A stretch of DNA of 56,750 nt, the filler included, from Jimgerdemannia flammicorona (lineage: Eukaryota), in NCBI GenBank assembly GCA_003990765.1. It is 3 parts of 3 records of this genome, joined end to end, with 100 filler letters (N's around TTAATTAATTAA, not from the genome) between each part and the next. Parts side by side here need not be neighbours in the genome. Positions count along the whole stretch, not along the records: positions 1 to 18,854 come from RBNJ01002089.1; positions 18,955 to 37,804 come from RBNJ01002090.1; 1 more part is not named here. The stretch is one strand, 5' to 3'. Every line of letters starts with the position of its first letter. The first letter of the stretch is position 1. Both the position numbers and the translations under genes were made by a program. A model generated the notes under the pieces. That model saw nothing but the letters and a program-made list of their open reading frames with translations. It was not told the DNA's origin and ran no database searches. Shown here one piece after another: positions 10,201 through 21,581 of the stretch.

Positions 10201-12301
10201 CTTCCAGATGTACATTGTCTGTGAGCTCACTCCCCATCACTAGAACTCAGCCATCATTACCTCAATCCCCAAGAAGGAGGAATCGCGAACGATTGATGAA
10301 TTTCGCCCTATTGCTCTGACTGAAATGTTTCATAGACTCTTCAAGCAGTGTTTGGAAGGATACATCAAGAGCCGAAGTGGCCTGACAGAAATATCGCACT
10401 GCCAAGGTGGCTTCCGAACCCACTTCTCGTCCCTCTCTCATATCGTGTTATCGCACGAGACGTGGGCTAAGAGATGGGGCCACCATGTCTTTTTGGACCT
10501 CTGGTAGAAATATGATTGAGTCCCTCTCAAGTGCATTCTTTCCTGCCTTAAGGTGCGAGATGCTGATGCAGTTCTCCATAGTATTATTTGAAGCCTGTTC
10601 AACCACTGTTCTTATCAGGTAGTTGTTAATGGCCTCGTCACCCCTTCGGTCCCCACTGAGCGTGGCCTTTTTCAGGCTTTGATGAGTGGTTCAAGGAGTA
10701 CAACTTCCCCCTTGGGCTTTTATTTGCTGATGATATCGCCCTTACCCCCCGCATTGCCACTGAAGGGCAAAAGATCATTGACTTTTGCAAGGACTGACTC
10801 CGGGTGAATGGTATGGAACTCAATCCCAAGAAGTGTGGTTATGTTGGCCCAGCTGACTGTACTGTGCTAATTGGGGGCGAACCCTGCCCATGACCCACCT
10901 CCTATGTGTACCTGGGTGTGCCGTATACTAATAAAGGATTTGACTTTGTCAATCTTGCGTTGCAGAATATGGCGAAGATAGAATGAACTCTTAGGTTCTG
11001 CTGTGCCCATGGTCCTCTCTGGTCACTAATGGTCAAGTTGGCCATCATACGAATATTCATCAGGCTTCAGCTGGAGTATGGCCTCCCCCTTCTATGTGCT
11101 TCCTGTCTGGCTACTACCACGGGGCTTCAGGTATTGAAGCGTCCTGAGCAGGTCTTTGATGACGCTGTTGCTTGGGTGGTTGGATTTTCTGGCCAGCCCT
11201 TGCTTGGCAGCTCGATTCTTGGCCTCCCTTCCTTCCTTCATTGCACGTCTGACCTCTGCTACATATTCCAAGCCCACCTGGATTGGTGTAGTAAGTCGGG
11301 CAACAACCCCATCGGCCCCCTTAGCGATCACTTTGTCATGCGTCCCCCAGGTTCTATCTTTGACAAATTCTGGTGTTGGATCTCTTGGCTTGACTTCCTC
11401 GACTAGTATTGGGACCTTTGTCCCCAGGTCCACAAGACTCACGCACTCTGCTCCTTCCTCCAGTCTTTCCTTTAGGATCAGCTACTGCAGGAATGGGCTT
11501 CCTCCTCCCAGACTCTCGTTCAGTATATCACCCCCAAAGGCCGTTTGCGGTCACAGGGCGCTGACCACATCCTTTCCTTCCCCCCCCCGGCTTGTGCGTT
11601 CTGCCCTTGCCTAGTGCTATGGCTATTTTGGCCAATCCCACCCCTGCCCCTGTGGAGATAAGTTTCATCATGGCTATCTCCTCAGGTGCAGTCTTCTCGA
11701 TGGTTTGTACTCTGCGTTCCAAGGTTCTTCTGATCGAGATGAACAACTCGATTGGTTTACCAATGATGAATAGTAGGAGGAACTTCACACCTACCTTCTT
11801 CACACTCTTCACGAGACAGCCTACCATGCTATAGACACAATGTGTAATTCTGGTGGCCACCTTGCGGTCGGGTTCTGCCCGACCAAGATTATGAAGATGC
11901 TTGGGTGATCAAGCGATCACACATTTTCTTTACTCCTTTCTCTCCTCTCATTTGTCCCGGTTGGTTCCCCCCATTATTGAGAGTGTATTGAGTTATTCAT
12001 CTCATTTCAGTCGTTTGGTATTTAGTTGTTGATATGGCTCATGTAATTGGCGCCAGGTGAATGTGTATTATATCTTAGCCTTCCCTTTCTTTGCTTTACA
12101 TTTATTATCTTTACGGCCATGACAAAATGGTTTTATCCAGCCTGTCCATAGGTTGGTCACCTCTCTGGGCTTTGTTTTGTACTTCTTAGCTAGTTGTTTA
12201 CTTCGCTGGCCTTGTTTTGCATTTTTCATCTTGGGAGTCATTGCCTTTTATTGCTCTGATGTACCTTATCTTCTCTACAATGAATAAATTCTTACTTGAA
12301 G
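7290..12301 (+). mobile_element. Telomeric LINE copy 3 (near full length, degenerate)
   Basis: ORF1 ~7503-8949 and ORF2 ~8946-11908 with many stops. Small deletions at ~8732, ~9485 and ~10677 (the last removes the RT xSLLSP motif). Same 5' and 3' termini as the other copies. Confidence 0.93.
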
Positions 12302-12312
12302 CCTAACCCTAA
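12302..12312. repeat. Interstitial telomeric spacer between copies 3 and 4
   Basis: TTGAAG|CCTAACCCTAA|TCACTT. Confidence 0.88.
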
Positions 12313-15300
12313 TCACTTATATGATTTCCCCATTTGGCTAGACTCAGCTTTACGGCCTGAAGCTATTCCAAATTAAGAAAGCAGGAGCTATGATTACCTA
12401 AACCTCTCATCGGGTATAAATACCCCCCTTTCCCATTATTTTTTCAATGCACAAATAAAGGTCATATGACCAGCATTTCACAATTTCACAAAAATAAACA
12501 AATAAACCTCTGCCTATTTCAGCAATGTCAGCCATCTCCTCTGTCATCAGTGATGACAGCAATGCCACCCGTCTCTTCATGCACTTCGGTGCTTCCCTCC
12601 ACTGTACTGAATGTTGCGGTATCAGTCTTCTCTCTGTCGGCTTTGGCAAGGGTAGCCTTATAGTGATATGCAGGTTATGCAAGGATGCACAACCGATATC
12701 GTTGTATTTATCTTCCCTGTGTGACGTGGAAGATAACAAAGAGATCTCGATCTCTTCTGATTCAGACCATAACGCCCAGTGCCTCCCCTTTTCTCCCATG
12801 CCCGCCCCTCAATTGGAACAAGTGTGGTCACCCAAACACTAGTTTGGAAATGACCCTGACGGCCGACGGAGCCCCTCAGCTGACCCCAATCTGGTCACAG
12901 AGATGGCCATGATGAGGAAGCAGATCTCGGATCTACTGACTCAAGTGGCCAAATTGGCCAAGATCAATGCCCAGCTGATGGTACAGCTTGCTACGCGATC
13001 TGTGCCCACCGCCCCCTTGTCATCTGGTGCTCCTTTGGGTAGTACCCCTGCTGTCTCTTCTACATCTGCTCCCCCCAAGTCCTCGGCCCCCCCTTTTACT
13101 GATCCTGCCGCGAACACGCAATTGAAGGCCCAGAAGCGAGCAGACAAGTGGGCCACTAAAGCTGCTGCATTACAGTCTGATGCACCACCAAAAGAGATAA
13201 CTCCCATGGCTATGCCTCAGGCTGCTAAAGCCGCGCCCCCTAAAAAGGGCAAAGCCAAGGCTCCCGGGCCAGTGCCCCAGGTTATGCCTGTGGGACCCAG
13301 TGCCGCCGGTCTGTCTTCATCCCCTGCTTTGACCCTCGCCTAATCCAAATCATCTGCTACCGCTACCAAGAAGGTCTCTATCAAGGCTAGGACCCAGGCC
13401 TACCCTGAGACAGAGAGGGCTGCCAGTGCCACTGCTCTCTTATATATGACCCGCAAGCCAACCTCTCATTTATCACCCACTGAAAAGGGCACTAGGCTAC
13501 AGTATGTTTACATTAACAGATTTGCCCATCTTAAGATCGGATAGATCTGGAAGAACTTGTACAACGTCCATATAATGTTGTCAAAAGTTCTCAATATGTC
13601 GTACGTCTTGGCATTGACCATCGAATTCCTGCTCTGCTTGATTATATCATGGTGTTCCAAAAGAAGATGAAGGTGCTCAGGTTCTCGGTGCTGTCAGCCT
13701 GAGACCCCATGCTCCCCTGCCACAAGAATACCATGGAGGCCATGAAGACACAGGTACTCCAATCATTCCATGCTCGGGTCCGGTAGTTGGCAGACAAAGC
13801 CACTGCGAAGAGGCCGGAGGTGCAGACCTTCTACATAGCTTGGGCCACAGAACTTGGCCTTACTCTCCCCTCCCTCACTCCCCTACTGGCTGGCCCTGCT
13901 TCAAAGGCAGGTGGTACTGTGGCCGTGATGGGTGCAATGGTGATGGATTTGGAAGCTAAAGCTTCCTTCTCAGGTGCTTCCCACACTATTTGTACTAATG
14001 CACCTGGCCCACAATGAGAGTTGGGTTCCTCAATGCATACTAACTATCTCAGGACAAGTTTGATGTGCTTAGTTGGCTGATTGGTCCTGCCCTCAACATT
14101 CTTTTCGTATGTGAAATGTGGCACATTCTGCTGCATCCCTCTCCGCTCATTTACATGTTTTCTCTCCTGGCATCGCACAGGATCATGGGCCACCAGAACG
14201 GTGGTCTCATAGTTCTTGTGTCAAACCGTTTTGCCCCCCTTATTTCCAGGTTGTCCACTGATCCCTTCCATATCCAGCTCATGTTCCAGGGCTTGGCTTT
14301 GGTTGGGGTTTATGCTCTCCCCTCTCTTCTTATTGGTGGCTTCCATGATCTTGTGTCTGGACCCTTCTGGGTAAGACCCTTCTGATTAGTGATATCAATA
14401 CCCACTACAGTGCCTGCCTTGGTGATGTCAACTCCAGTCCCCGTGATCAGATGGATGTCATTGACACCTTCCTGATGACGTGGTCACTGAACCACCTAAC
14501 CCCGGTGGCTGGATCTACATACGTTGACTATACATTTGCCAATGTGTACCTCAACATGTCCCTCACATGTTCTACTCCTCCTGTCGCTACCGAGCACCCC
14601 TCACTCCTCACTGTCTTCTTTCCCTTCTCTCCCTCACCAGTCGCTACCTTAGCTGGCGTCCATTGTTACTCTGTGAGATATCTGACCAATCCAGTCATCC
14701 AAGCTCACCTTTGGGAATTAGCGGATATCATGTGCGATATCATTGTCAGGTCCATCTACTCTATCAGGAACCATTTTGCTGGCTTTTGCTCTGTGGAAGA
14801 TTGCTAGCAGTTTGTAGATTCTCTTGATGCCCTTTTGACCTCTGGTCTACAGTCAGTTTGTGAGAACATTCTTGGCGATCAGGGCAGCACCACTCCCTCA
14901 GCAGGACCTTCTTCGCAGTGCATCTTCAGTCTCTGATACTATCTGTGGTTTCAAGCGAGCATACCACTCCACCCCCCTTACTTCCCTCCAATCCCACTCC
15001 CCCAATGTCCTGGTGTTTGATGATGTGGTTACTCACTTTACCACTATCTTCGGTCAACCAGACGCCTCCCTCCACCTTGATGACTCTAAGGATGTCTTCT
15101 CTCTCAGCGTGGGTGCTCTTAGACTACAGCCTTGGTTTGACCAATCTGCGGTTTGGAGGACTATCCACAGCTACCCCCTCTCAAAGGCATGTGGTGATGA
15201 CTCCTTGCATATCTGGATTCTTTAGATGATGGCAGGCGAGAAGGATACCCCCTGTAGCCTCTCGAAAGCCCTTTCATTCTTCTTCCTGATGTGCATAGTT

Positions 15301-17436
15301 TGGGGGCTCACTCCCCGCCACTGGAATTCTGCCATCATCTCCCTTGTCCCCAAGAAGGAGGAATTATATACAATTGATGGATTTCGCCCTATTGCTCTAA
15401 CTGAAATGTTTTGTAGACTCTTTGAGCAGTATTTGGAAGGATATGTCAAGAGCCGAAGTGGCCTGACAGAAATGTCGCACTGCCAAGACAGCTTCCAAAC
15501 CTGCTTCTCATCTCTCTCTCATATCTTGCTATCACACGAGATGTGGGCCAAGGGATGGGGCCACCGTGTCTTTCTGGACATCTGGCAGGCATATGACTGA
15601 GTCCCCCTCAAGCTTATTCTTTCTCGACTTGAGGAGTGAGGTGCTGATGCAGCCCTCCTTAGCATTATCCGAAGCCTGTTCAACCATTGTTCTTACTAGG
15701 TGGTTATTAATGGCCATGTCACCCCTTCGGACCCCACTGAGCATGGCCTCTTTTAGAGCTCCCTCCTCTCTCTCTGGCTGTTTGATGTCTTTATCGATCC
15801 CCTCGTCGCCTCCTTTGATGATCAGTTCAAGGAGTATGACTTCCCACTTTGGCTTTTCTTTGCTGATGATATCACCCTTACTCCCCGCACTGCTACTGAA
15901 GGGCAAAGGATGGTTGATTTTTGCAAAGATTGGCTTCGAGTGAATGGTATGGAGCTCAACCCCAAGAAGTATGGTTATGTCGGTCCGGCTGACTGTACTG
16001 TACTGATTGGGAGTGAACCCTGCCTGCAACCCACCTCCTACGTGTATCTGGGTGTGCTGTACACCAATAAAGGGTTTGACTTTGTCAGCCTTATATTGCA
16101 GAATGTGGCAAAGGCAGAATGAACTCTTGGGTTCTGCCATACTCATGATCCTCTCTGGTTGCCAATGGTCAAGTTGGCTATCATACGAACGTTCATCAGG
16201 CCTCAGCTGGAGTATGGCCTCCCCTTTCTATATATCTCCTGTCCGGCTACTACCACGGGGCTTCAGGTGTTGAAGCATCTCAAGCAGGTCTTTGATGATG
16301 CTGTTGCTTGGGCGGTTGGATTTTCTGGCTATCCTTTGCTTGACAGTTTGATTCTCGGCCTCCCCTCCTTTCTCCGTTGTATCTCTGACCTCTGCTGCAT
16401 GTTCCAAGCCCACCTGGATTGGTGTAGCAAGTCGGACAACAACCCTATCAGCTCCCTTATCAAGTGCTTTGTCATGCATCTCCCAGGTTCCATTATTGAC
16501 AAGTTCCAACATTGGACCTCTTGGCTTGACTTTCTTGACTGGTACTGGGACCTCCATCCCTAGATCTGCAAGACTTGCTTGCTCTGCTCCTTCCTCCAGT
16601 CATTCCTTCGGGATCAGCTGCTCCAGGAATAGGCCTCCTTCTCTCAGGCTCTCATTCGGTATATCACCCCCAAAGGCCGCTTGCGGTTGCGGGGTGCCGA
16701 CCGTGTCCTCTCCTTCCCTCTCTGGCTTGTACATTCCACCCTCACCTGGTGTTATGACTACTTTGGCCAACCCTGCCCCTGCCCCTGTAGAGATAAGTTT
16801 TATCATGGCCATCTCCTCAGGTGTGCCCTTCTTGATAGTTTGTATTCTGCTTTCCAAGGTTCTTCCGATCGAGATGAACAACTCGATTGGTTTTCCAGTA
16901 ATGAATGGCAGGAGGAACTTCATGCCTACCCTCTTCACGCTCTTCACGAGATAGCCTACCATGCTATTGATGCCATGTGTAATTCTGGTGGCCACCTCGC
17001 AGTTAGGTTCTACCTGGCTGAGATTATAAAGATACTTGGGTGATTGAGCGATCGAACATTTTCTTTACTTTTTTCTTTCCTCTCATTTGCCTTGGTTGGT
17101 TCCCCCTATTGTTGAGAATGCATTGAGTTATTCATCTCATATCAGTCATTTGGTGTTTGGGTGTTGATACAGTTCATATAGTTAACGCTGGGCAAATGTA
17201 TATTATATTCTAACTCTCCTTCTTTTTGCTTTTGTATTTATTATCTTTATGGCTGTGACAAAATGGTTTTATCCAGCCCATCTATAGAGTGGTCACTTCT
17301 CTGGCCTTTGTCTCATACTTCTTAGCTAGTTATTACTTCACTGGCCTTGTTTTGCTTTTCTCATCTTAGAAGTCTTTGTCTTTTGTTACTCCGATATACC
17401 TTGTCTTCTCTACAATGAATAAATTCTTACTTAAAG
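12313..17436 (+). mobile_element. Telomeric LINE copy 4 (full length, degenerate)
   Basis: ORF1 12525-14017 and ORF2 14014-17043 (FFADD at ~15856; CPCRDKFYHGHLLRC…KILG*). 3' UTR with AATAAA. Confidence 0.93.
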
Positions 17437-17477
17437 CCTAACCCTAACCCTGACCCTGACCCTAGCCCCTAACCTAA
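17437..17477. repeat. Degenerate interstitial telomeric tract between copies 4 and 5
   Basis: CCTAA CCCTAA CCCTGA CCCTGA CCCTAG CCCCTAA CCTAA. Confidence 0.9.
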
Positions 17478-17678
17478 GCCACTCACGTGATTTCCCCATT
17501 TGGCTAGACTCGGCTTTACAGCCTGAAGCTATTCCAAATTAAGAAAGCAGTCACTTTGATTTGCTAAGCCTCTCATTGGGTATAAATACCATCTTCTCAA
17601 TTATTTTTTTATTGTATAAACAAAGGTCATGTGACCTGCATTTCACAATTTCACAAACAAACAAACATATCTCCACCT
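17478..17678 (+). mobile_element. Telomeric LINE copy 5, 5' UTR only (interrupted by a SINE-like insertion)
   Basis: Matches 4368-4570. Homology stops at CTCCACCT, just before the ORF1 ATG. Confidence 0.88.
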
Positions 17679-18854
17679 CAGCTCCTTTCTCTGCTACCTT
17701 ACTGGTCACAAGATTTGGTAGGTGACCTTCTGAGTCCTTTTTCCCCTTTTATTACCCCCTCTACCTCGGATTGGTTTGCTGTTCCTGTAGAGGTATAGTA
17801 GGAGGAGGGCAATGGTGATGAGTTGCCCCTTTATCGGTGTCAGATCGGTGCTTTATCCACTTTTTCGCAGATTCTAGTGCCTTTAACTATATCTGGGATA
17901 TACCCGTTTAGGTGCGGTATCTTCTTTCTTTTGCCGTCGCAAACAAGGAGTTGTCTTGGTATTTCTCGGGCTACGTAGGGAGTCGGCCGACCTTGAGCGT
18001 CAAGTGCTCAGTGTAGGTTATCTACAGGTTCTCAGTGCCTGTGGTAGAGCCCTCTGGCTTTGGTGAGCTTTCCGGTGAGTGCAGTTCTAGCATAGGTGAC
18101 TGCTTTTCGGGTGTTGTCGGGATGGGAGGGGAGATGGCCATCATAGATAGGTGGAAGGGTGATTACAGTGAACCAGTAGGGTGCCAGGCTGGGGGCGGTC
18201 ATCGGGGCTGGGGCAGGTACTGCTTCGGTGGGGCCTTTTGATTGGTGCAGTATGATTAGGTGGTAGGTGTCACTATCAGCTTCTTTTGGCAGTCAGCAAG
18301 GTTGGGCCCCAGTCATCAGAGAGGGTCAGGAGGCCCAAGGCTACCCATTTCAGGCGTCTTGGCTGCACTCAACTGGAACTGGGAGCTGACATGGCAACAT
18401 GATCGAGGCCCGCAGGCTTAAGTAGTGGGGTATTGGGGGTTTCCTCCTACCTCACGTATAAGTCCTTTACTTACCTCATCTGGGAGAACCAGGCCCTACC
18501 TACCATGTTGAGCTTTGATGAGGGTTTTTATTTGCCTATCATTCTCTTTGGGGTGGCAGGGGCTATTCTATTCGACTCAGGCATGGCCTTGTATATACGT
18601 TGGGTTCTCAGGCATGCACTTTCAGTTGTTGGCATATGGATGGGTTTCCCCTGATAGTAGGGAGAGCATGGTGTGCAGAATGAGGTGCAGGCTTATCAGC
18701 TCTGCTGCACCTGGTATGGTCGAGCTGCTGGACAATAGCTAGCCTAGATTAATGTGGGGGCAGTACTTGGTGAGTGGTTGGAGAGGGTTTTGCCCTATAT
18801 AGTCTAGGTTCCCTTCCAATAAAAATCTGTGGGACATGAGTCCATTAAAAAAAA
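17679..18854 (+). mobile_element. ~1.2-kb polyadenylated non-autonomous retroposon (SINE-like), copy A
   Basis: Reverse-complement match to 19305-20493 and direct match to 46155-47359. Starts CAGCTCCTTTCTCTGCTACC and ends AATAAA…GAGTCCATT(A)n at the contig end. Confidence 0.85.
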
Positions 18855-18954
18855 NNNNNNNNNNNNNNNNNNNNNNNNNNNNNNNNNNNNNNNNNNNNTT
18901 AATTAATTAANNNNNNNNNNNNNNNNNNNNNNNNNNNNNNNNNNNNNNNNNNNN
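18855..18954. other. Artificial contig linker
   Basis: N44-TTAATTAATTAA-N44, a six-frame stop linker of exactly 100 nt. Confidence 0.97.
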
Positions 18955-19060
18955 CCTAACCCTTAACCCTAACCCTAACCCTAACCCTAACCCTAACCCT
19001 AACCCTAACCCTAACCCTAACCCTAACCCTAACCCTAACCCTAACCCTACCCGTCCCTTA
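18955..19060. repeat. Telomeric repeat (CCCTAA)n, left end of contig 2
   Basis: About 15 CCCTAA units, then degenerate CCCTAC CCGT CCCTTA at the inner edge. Confidence 0.95.
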
Positions 19061-19063
19061 TCA

Positions 19064-20950
19064 ATGTACAACTATCTTCCATCTATCCAATCCATGATAT
19101 CCATCAATATACCAGAGAGAGTTTGGTCACTCAACCCAATAGACTCATCACTGAATACTCTTAGCCCATCGTATAGAGATACCAATAAGATCTATTACTT
19201 ATAAGGCTCTTCGAATTCGATGTTAAGAAATATGTATTCCTTGGCTTCACAATACTCCAGTTAGAGTTCACTCTCCACTATAAGTATCTGTTGTCTACTT
19301 AAGATTTTTTTTTTTTTTTTGTTTAACGGACTCTATGTCCCGCGGAATTTTATTGGAAGGGAACCTAGACTGTATAGGCCAAAACTCTCCCCCACCACCC
19401 ATCAAGCACTGCCCCACCATTAACCTAGGCTAGCTATTGTCCAGCAGCTCGACCATACCAGGCGCAGCAGGGCAAATAAGCCCACACCTCGTTCTGCATA
19501 CCATGCTCTCCCTACCATCAGGGGAAACTCAGCCATACGCTAACGACCAAAAGCGCACACCTGAGAACCCAATGTATGTACAAGGCCACGCCCGAGCTAA
19601 ATGGAATAGCCCCTGCCACCCCAAAGAGAATGACAGGCAAAGAAAAACCCTCATCAAAGCACAACATGGTGGGTAGGGCCTGGTTCTCCCAGTCGAGATG
19701 AGTAAAGGACTTACACGTGAGGCGGGAGGAGACCCCCAATACCCCACTACTCAAGCCTGCGGGCCTCGATCACGTTGCCGTGTCAGCTCCCGGTTCCAGT
19801 TGAGTGCAACCAAGACGTCTGAAATGGGTAGCCTCGGGTCCACCGACTCCCCCTGACGACTGGGGCCTCACCCCGCTACCCGCCAAAAGAAGCCGAGAGT
19901 GACACCTACCACCTAACCGCACCGCACCAATCAAAAGGCCCCACCGAAGCAGCACCCGCCCCAGCTCCGACGACCACCCCCAGCCTGGTACCCTACTGGT
20001 TCACCGTAATTGCCCTTCCGCCTATCTGTGACGGCCATCTCCCCTCCCATTCCGACAACACCCAAAAAGCAGTCACCTATGCCAGAACCGCGCTCGCCGG
20101 GAAGCTCGCCAAAGCCAGAGGGCCCCACCACAGGCACCGAAGACCTGCAGGTAACCTACACTGAGCACTTGATGCCCAAGGTCGGCCGACTCCCTACGTA
20201 GCCTGAGACACACTGAGACAACTCCTTGTTGGCAACGGCAAAAGGAAGAAGGTACCGCACCAAAATGGGTACACCCCAGATGCAGCTGAAGGTACCAGAA
20301 TCCGCAAAAAAGTGGAGGAAGCACCAATCTGACACCAATAAAAGGGCAACTCATCACCATTGCCCTCCTCCCACCATGCCCCTGCAGGCACAGCAAACCA
20401 ACCCGAGGTAGAGGGGATAATATAAGGGGAAAGGGGACTCGGAAGGTCGCCTACCAAACCTTGTGACTGGTAAGGTAGCAGAGAAAGGAGCTGTTGTCTA
20501 CTTAAGATGCCTTATCATATTCTCCAGATCAGTATCAGAAATATCTGTCCATTGTCTACAGATTCTATAATCATGTAATCATCTCTTGATAGTTGATTCT
20601 GAGACATCAAAGAGTCACGCAATATCAGAATTTGTTAGACACTCTTCTACATTGGCAATAAGAATCTCCTTGCTGATAAGATAGCCTGGACATCCACCTT
20701 GTCCAGTCTAAATAACTTATAGTTGAATAGGTAATAGTGCAACTTCATCTGCATCAATATGAGTATAGATTCTAAGAAGCAGTAAATGGGCAAAGTCAAA
20801 ATTGCTCTAGATCCATGTATCAGGCAATAGAGTTGCAAAGCGATTGAGATTATTTGCAAGCTGATCCAATAAAGAAGATAGAGGTCTAATTCAGGATGAT
20901 CACTATTATTTCACAAGTTCAATACATTTTGAGCATCTTGTATAATTTGG
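19064..20950 (-). pseudogene. Integrase-core (IS3EU-like) transposase pseudogene, split by the SINE-like element and truncated by the telomere
   Basis: Manual minus-strand translation with the insertion removed: TGQGGCPGYLI…IA*LFDVSESTIKR*L (HTH-like)…ISDTDLENMI…GE*TLTGVL*SQGI…RIRRAL*VID…VYWVE*PNSLWYIDGYHGLDRWKIVVH. This resembles the PNSLWHIDGxHKLxRWxxVxHG motif. The upstream boundary is approximate. Confidence 0.75.
19305..20493 (-). mobile_element. ~1.2-kb polyadenylated non-autonomous retroposon (SINE-like), copy B (youngest)
   Basis: Poly(T) at 19305-19320. Perfect target-site duplication TTGTCTACTTAAGA at 19291-19304 and 20494-20507 (extendable to 18 bp). CpGs are retained. Confidence 0.9.
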
Positions 20951-21184
20951 GAAGCTGTATGAAAGAAGTTCTGTATTTGATCCAGTTTGTGTGGTATACA
21001 CAGCTTACTTGGCTTATATGGTTTATATGGTTTATGTGATTTGTATTTGCTTATAGCTTACTCAGTTTGTATAGCTTGTACAGTTTGCACAGTTTGCACA
21101 CCTTATATGGCTTGTATGATTTGTATTGCTTGTAGATAATATAGGTTATATAGCTTATGTTGACTTATGTATTAGATAGAGATT

Positions 21185-21296
21185 AGGTGATATAAGCTTA
21201 AGTAGGTGTCATAAGCTTAAGTAGGTGGCATAAGTTTAAGTAGGTGGTATAAGCTTAAGTAGGTGGCATAAGCTTATGTGGGTGACATAAGCTTAA
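21185..21296. repeat. 19-bp tandem repeat (~6 copies)
   Basis: Unit ~ATAAGCTTAAGTAGGTGGC. Confidence 0.85.
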
Positions 21297-21305
21297 TTGC
21301 TTATA

Positions 21306-21545
21306 AAAAATCTACTTTTTTTGTCAATTCAATTTTTTTGATTATCAATCCAATTTTTTTGATCAAATTCATCTATCCACTTTTTTGATCAAATTTTGTC
21401 AATCTAATTTTTTTGGTCAAATTTCGTCAATCCAATTTTTTTGATCATATTTTTGTCATCAATCCAATTTTTTTGATTAAATTCATCAATCTAATGTCAA
21501 ATTTTTATCAATCTATTTTTTTTGATCAAATTTCTTATCAATCCA
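21306..21545. repeat. Degenerate T-rich tandem repeats, possibly subterminal repeats of the DNA transposon
   Basis: Repeated TCAATCCAATTTTTTTGATCAAATT-like units, roughly 8-9 copies. Confidence 0.7.
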
Positions 21546-21581
21546 TGATTTGATAGTTTTGACCCTGATGGCATGCTATAC

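Noticed and set aside
93..17043. Numerous antisense and alternate-frame ORFs over the LINE copies (e.g. 15532-16146, 3639-3929)
   Set aside because: Shadow frames of GC-rich ORF1/ORF2 with no motifs. Their boundaries vary between copies.
18855..18954. TTAATTAATTAA palindrome in N runs (also 37805-37904), and an apparent internal telomere at 18955
   Set aside because: Artificial 100-nt linker joining size-sorted contigs. The telomere is the start of a separate contig, not interstitial.
17679..20493. Large inverted repeat flanking the gap and telomere, suggesting a hairpin end or telomere fusion
   Set aside because: These are two independent SINE-like insertions on different contigs. Copy B has its own TSD.
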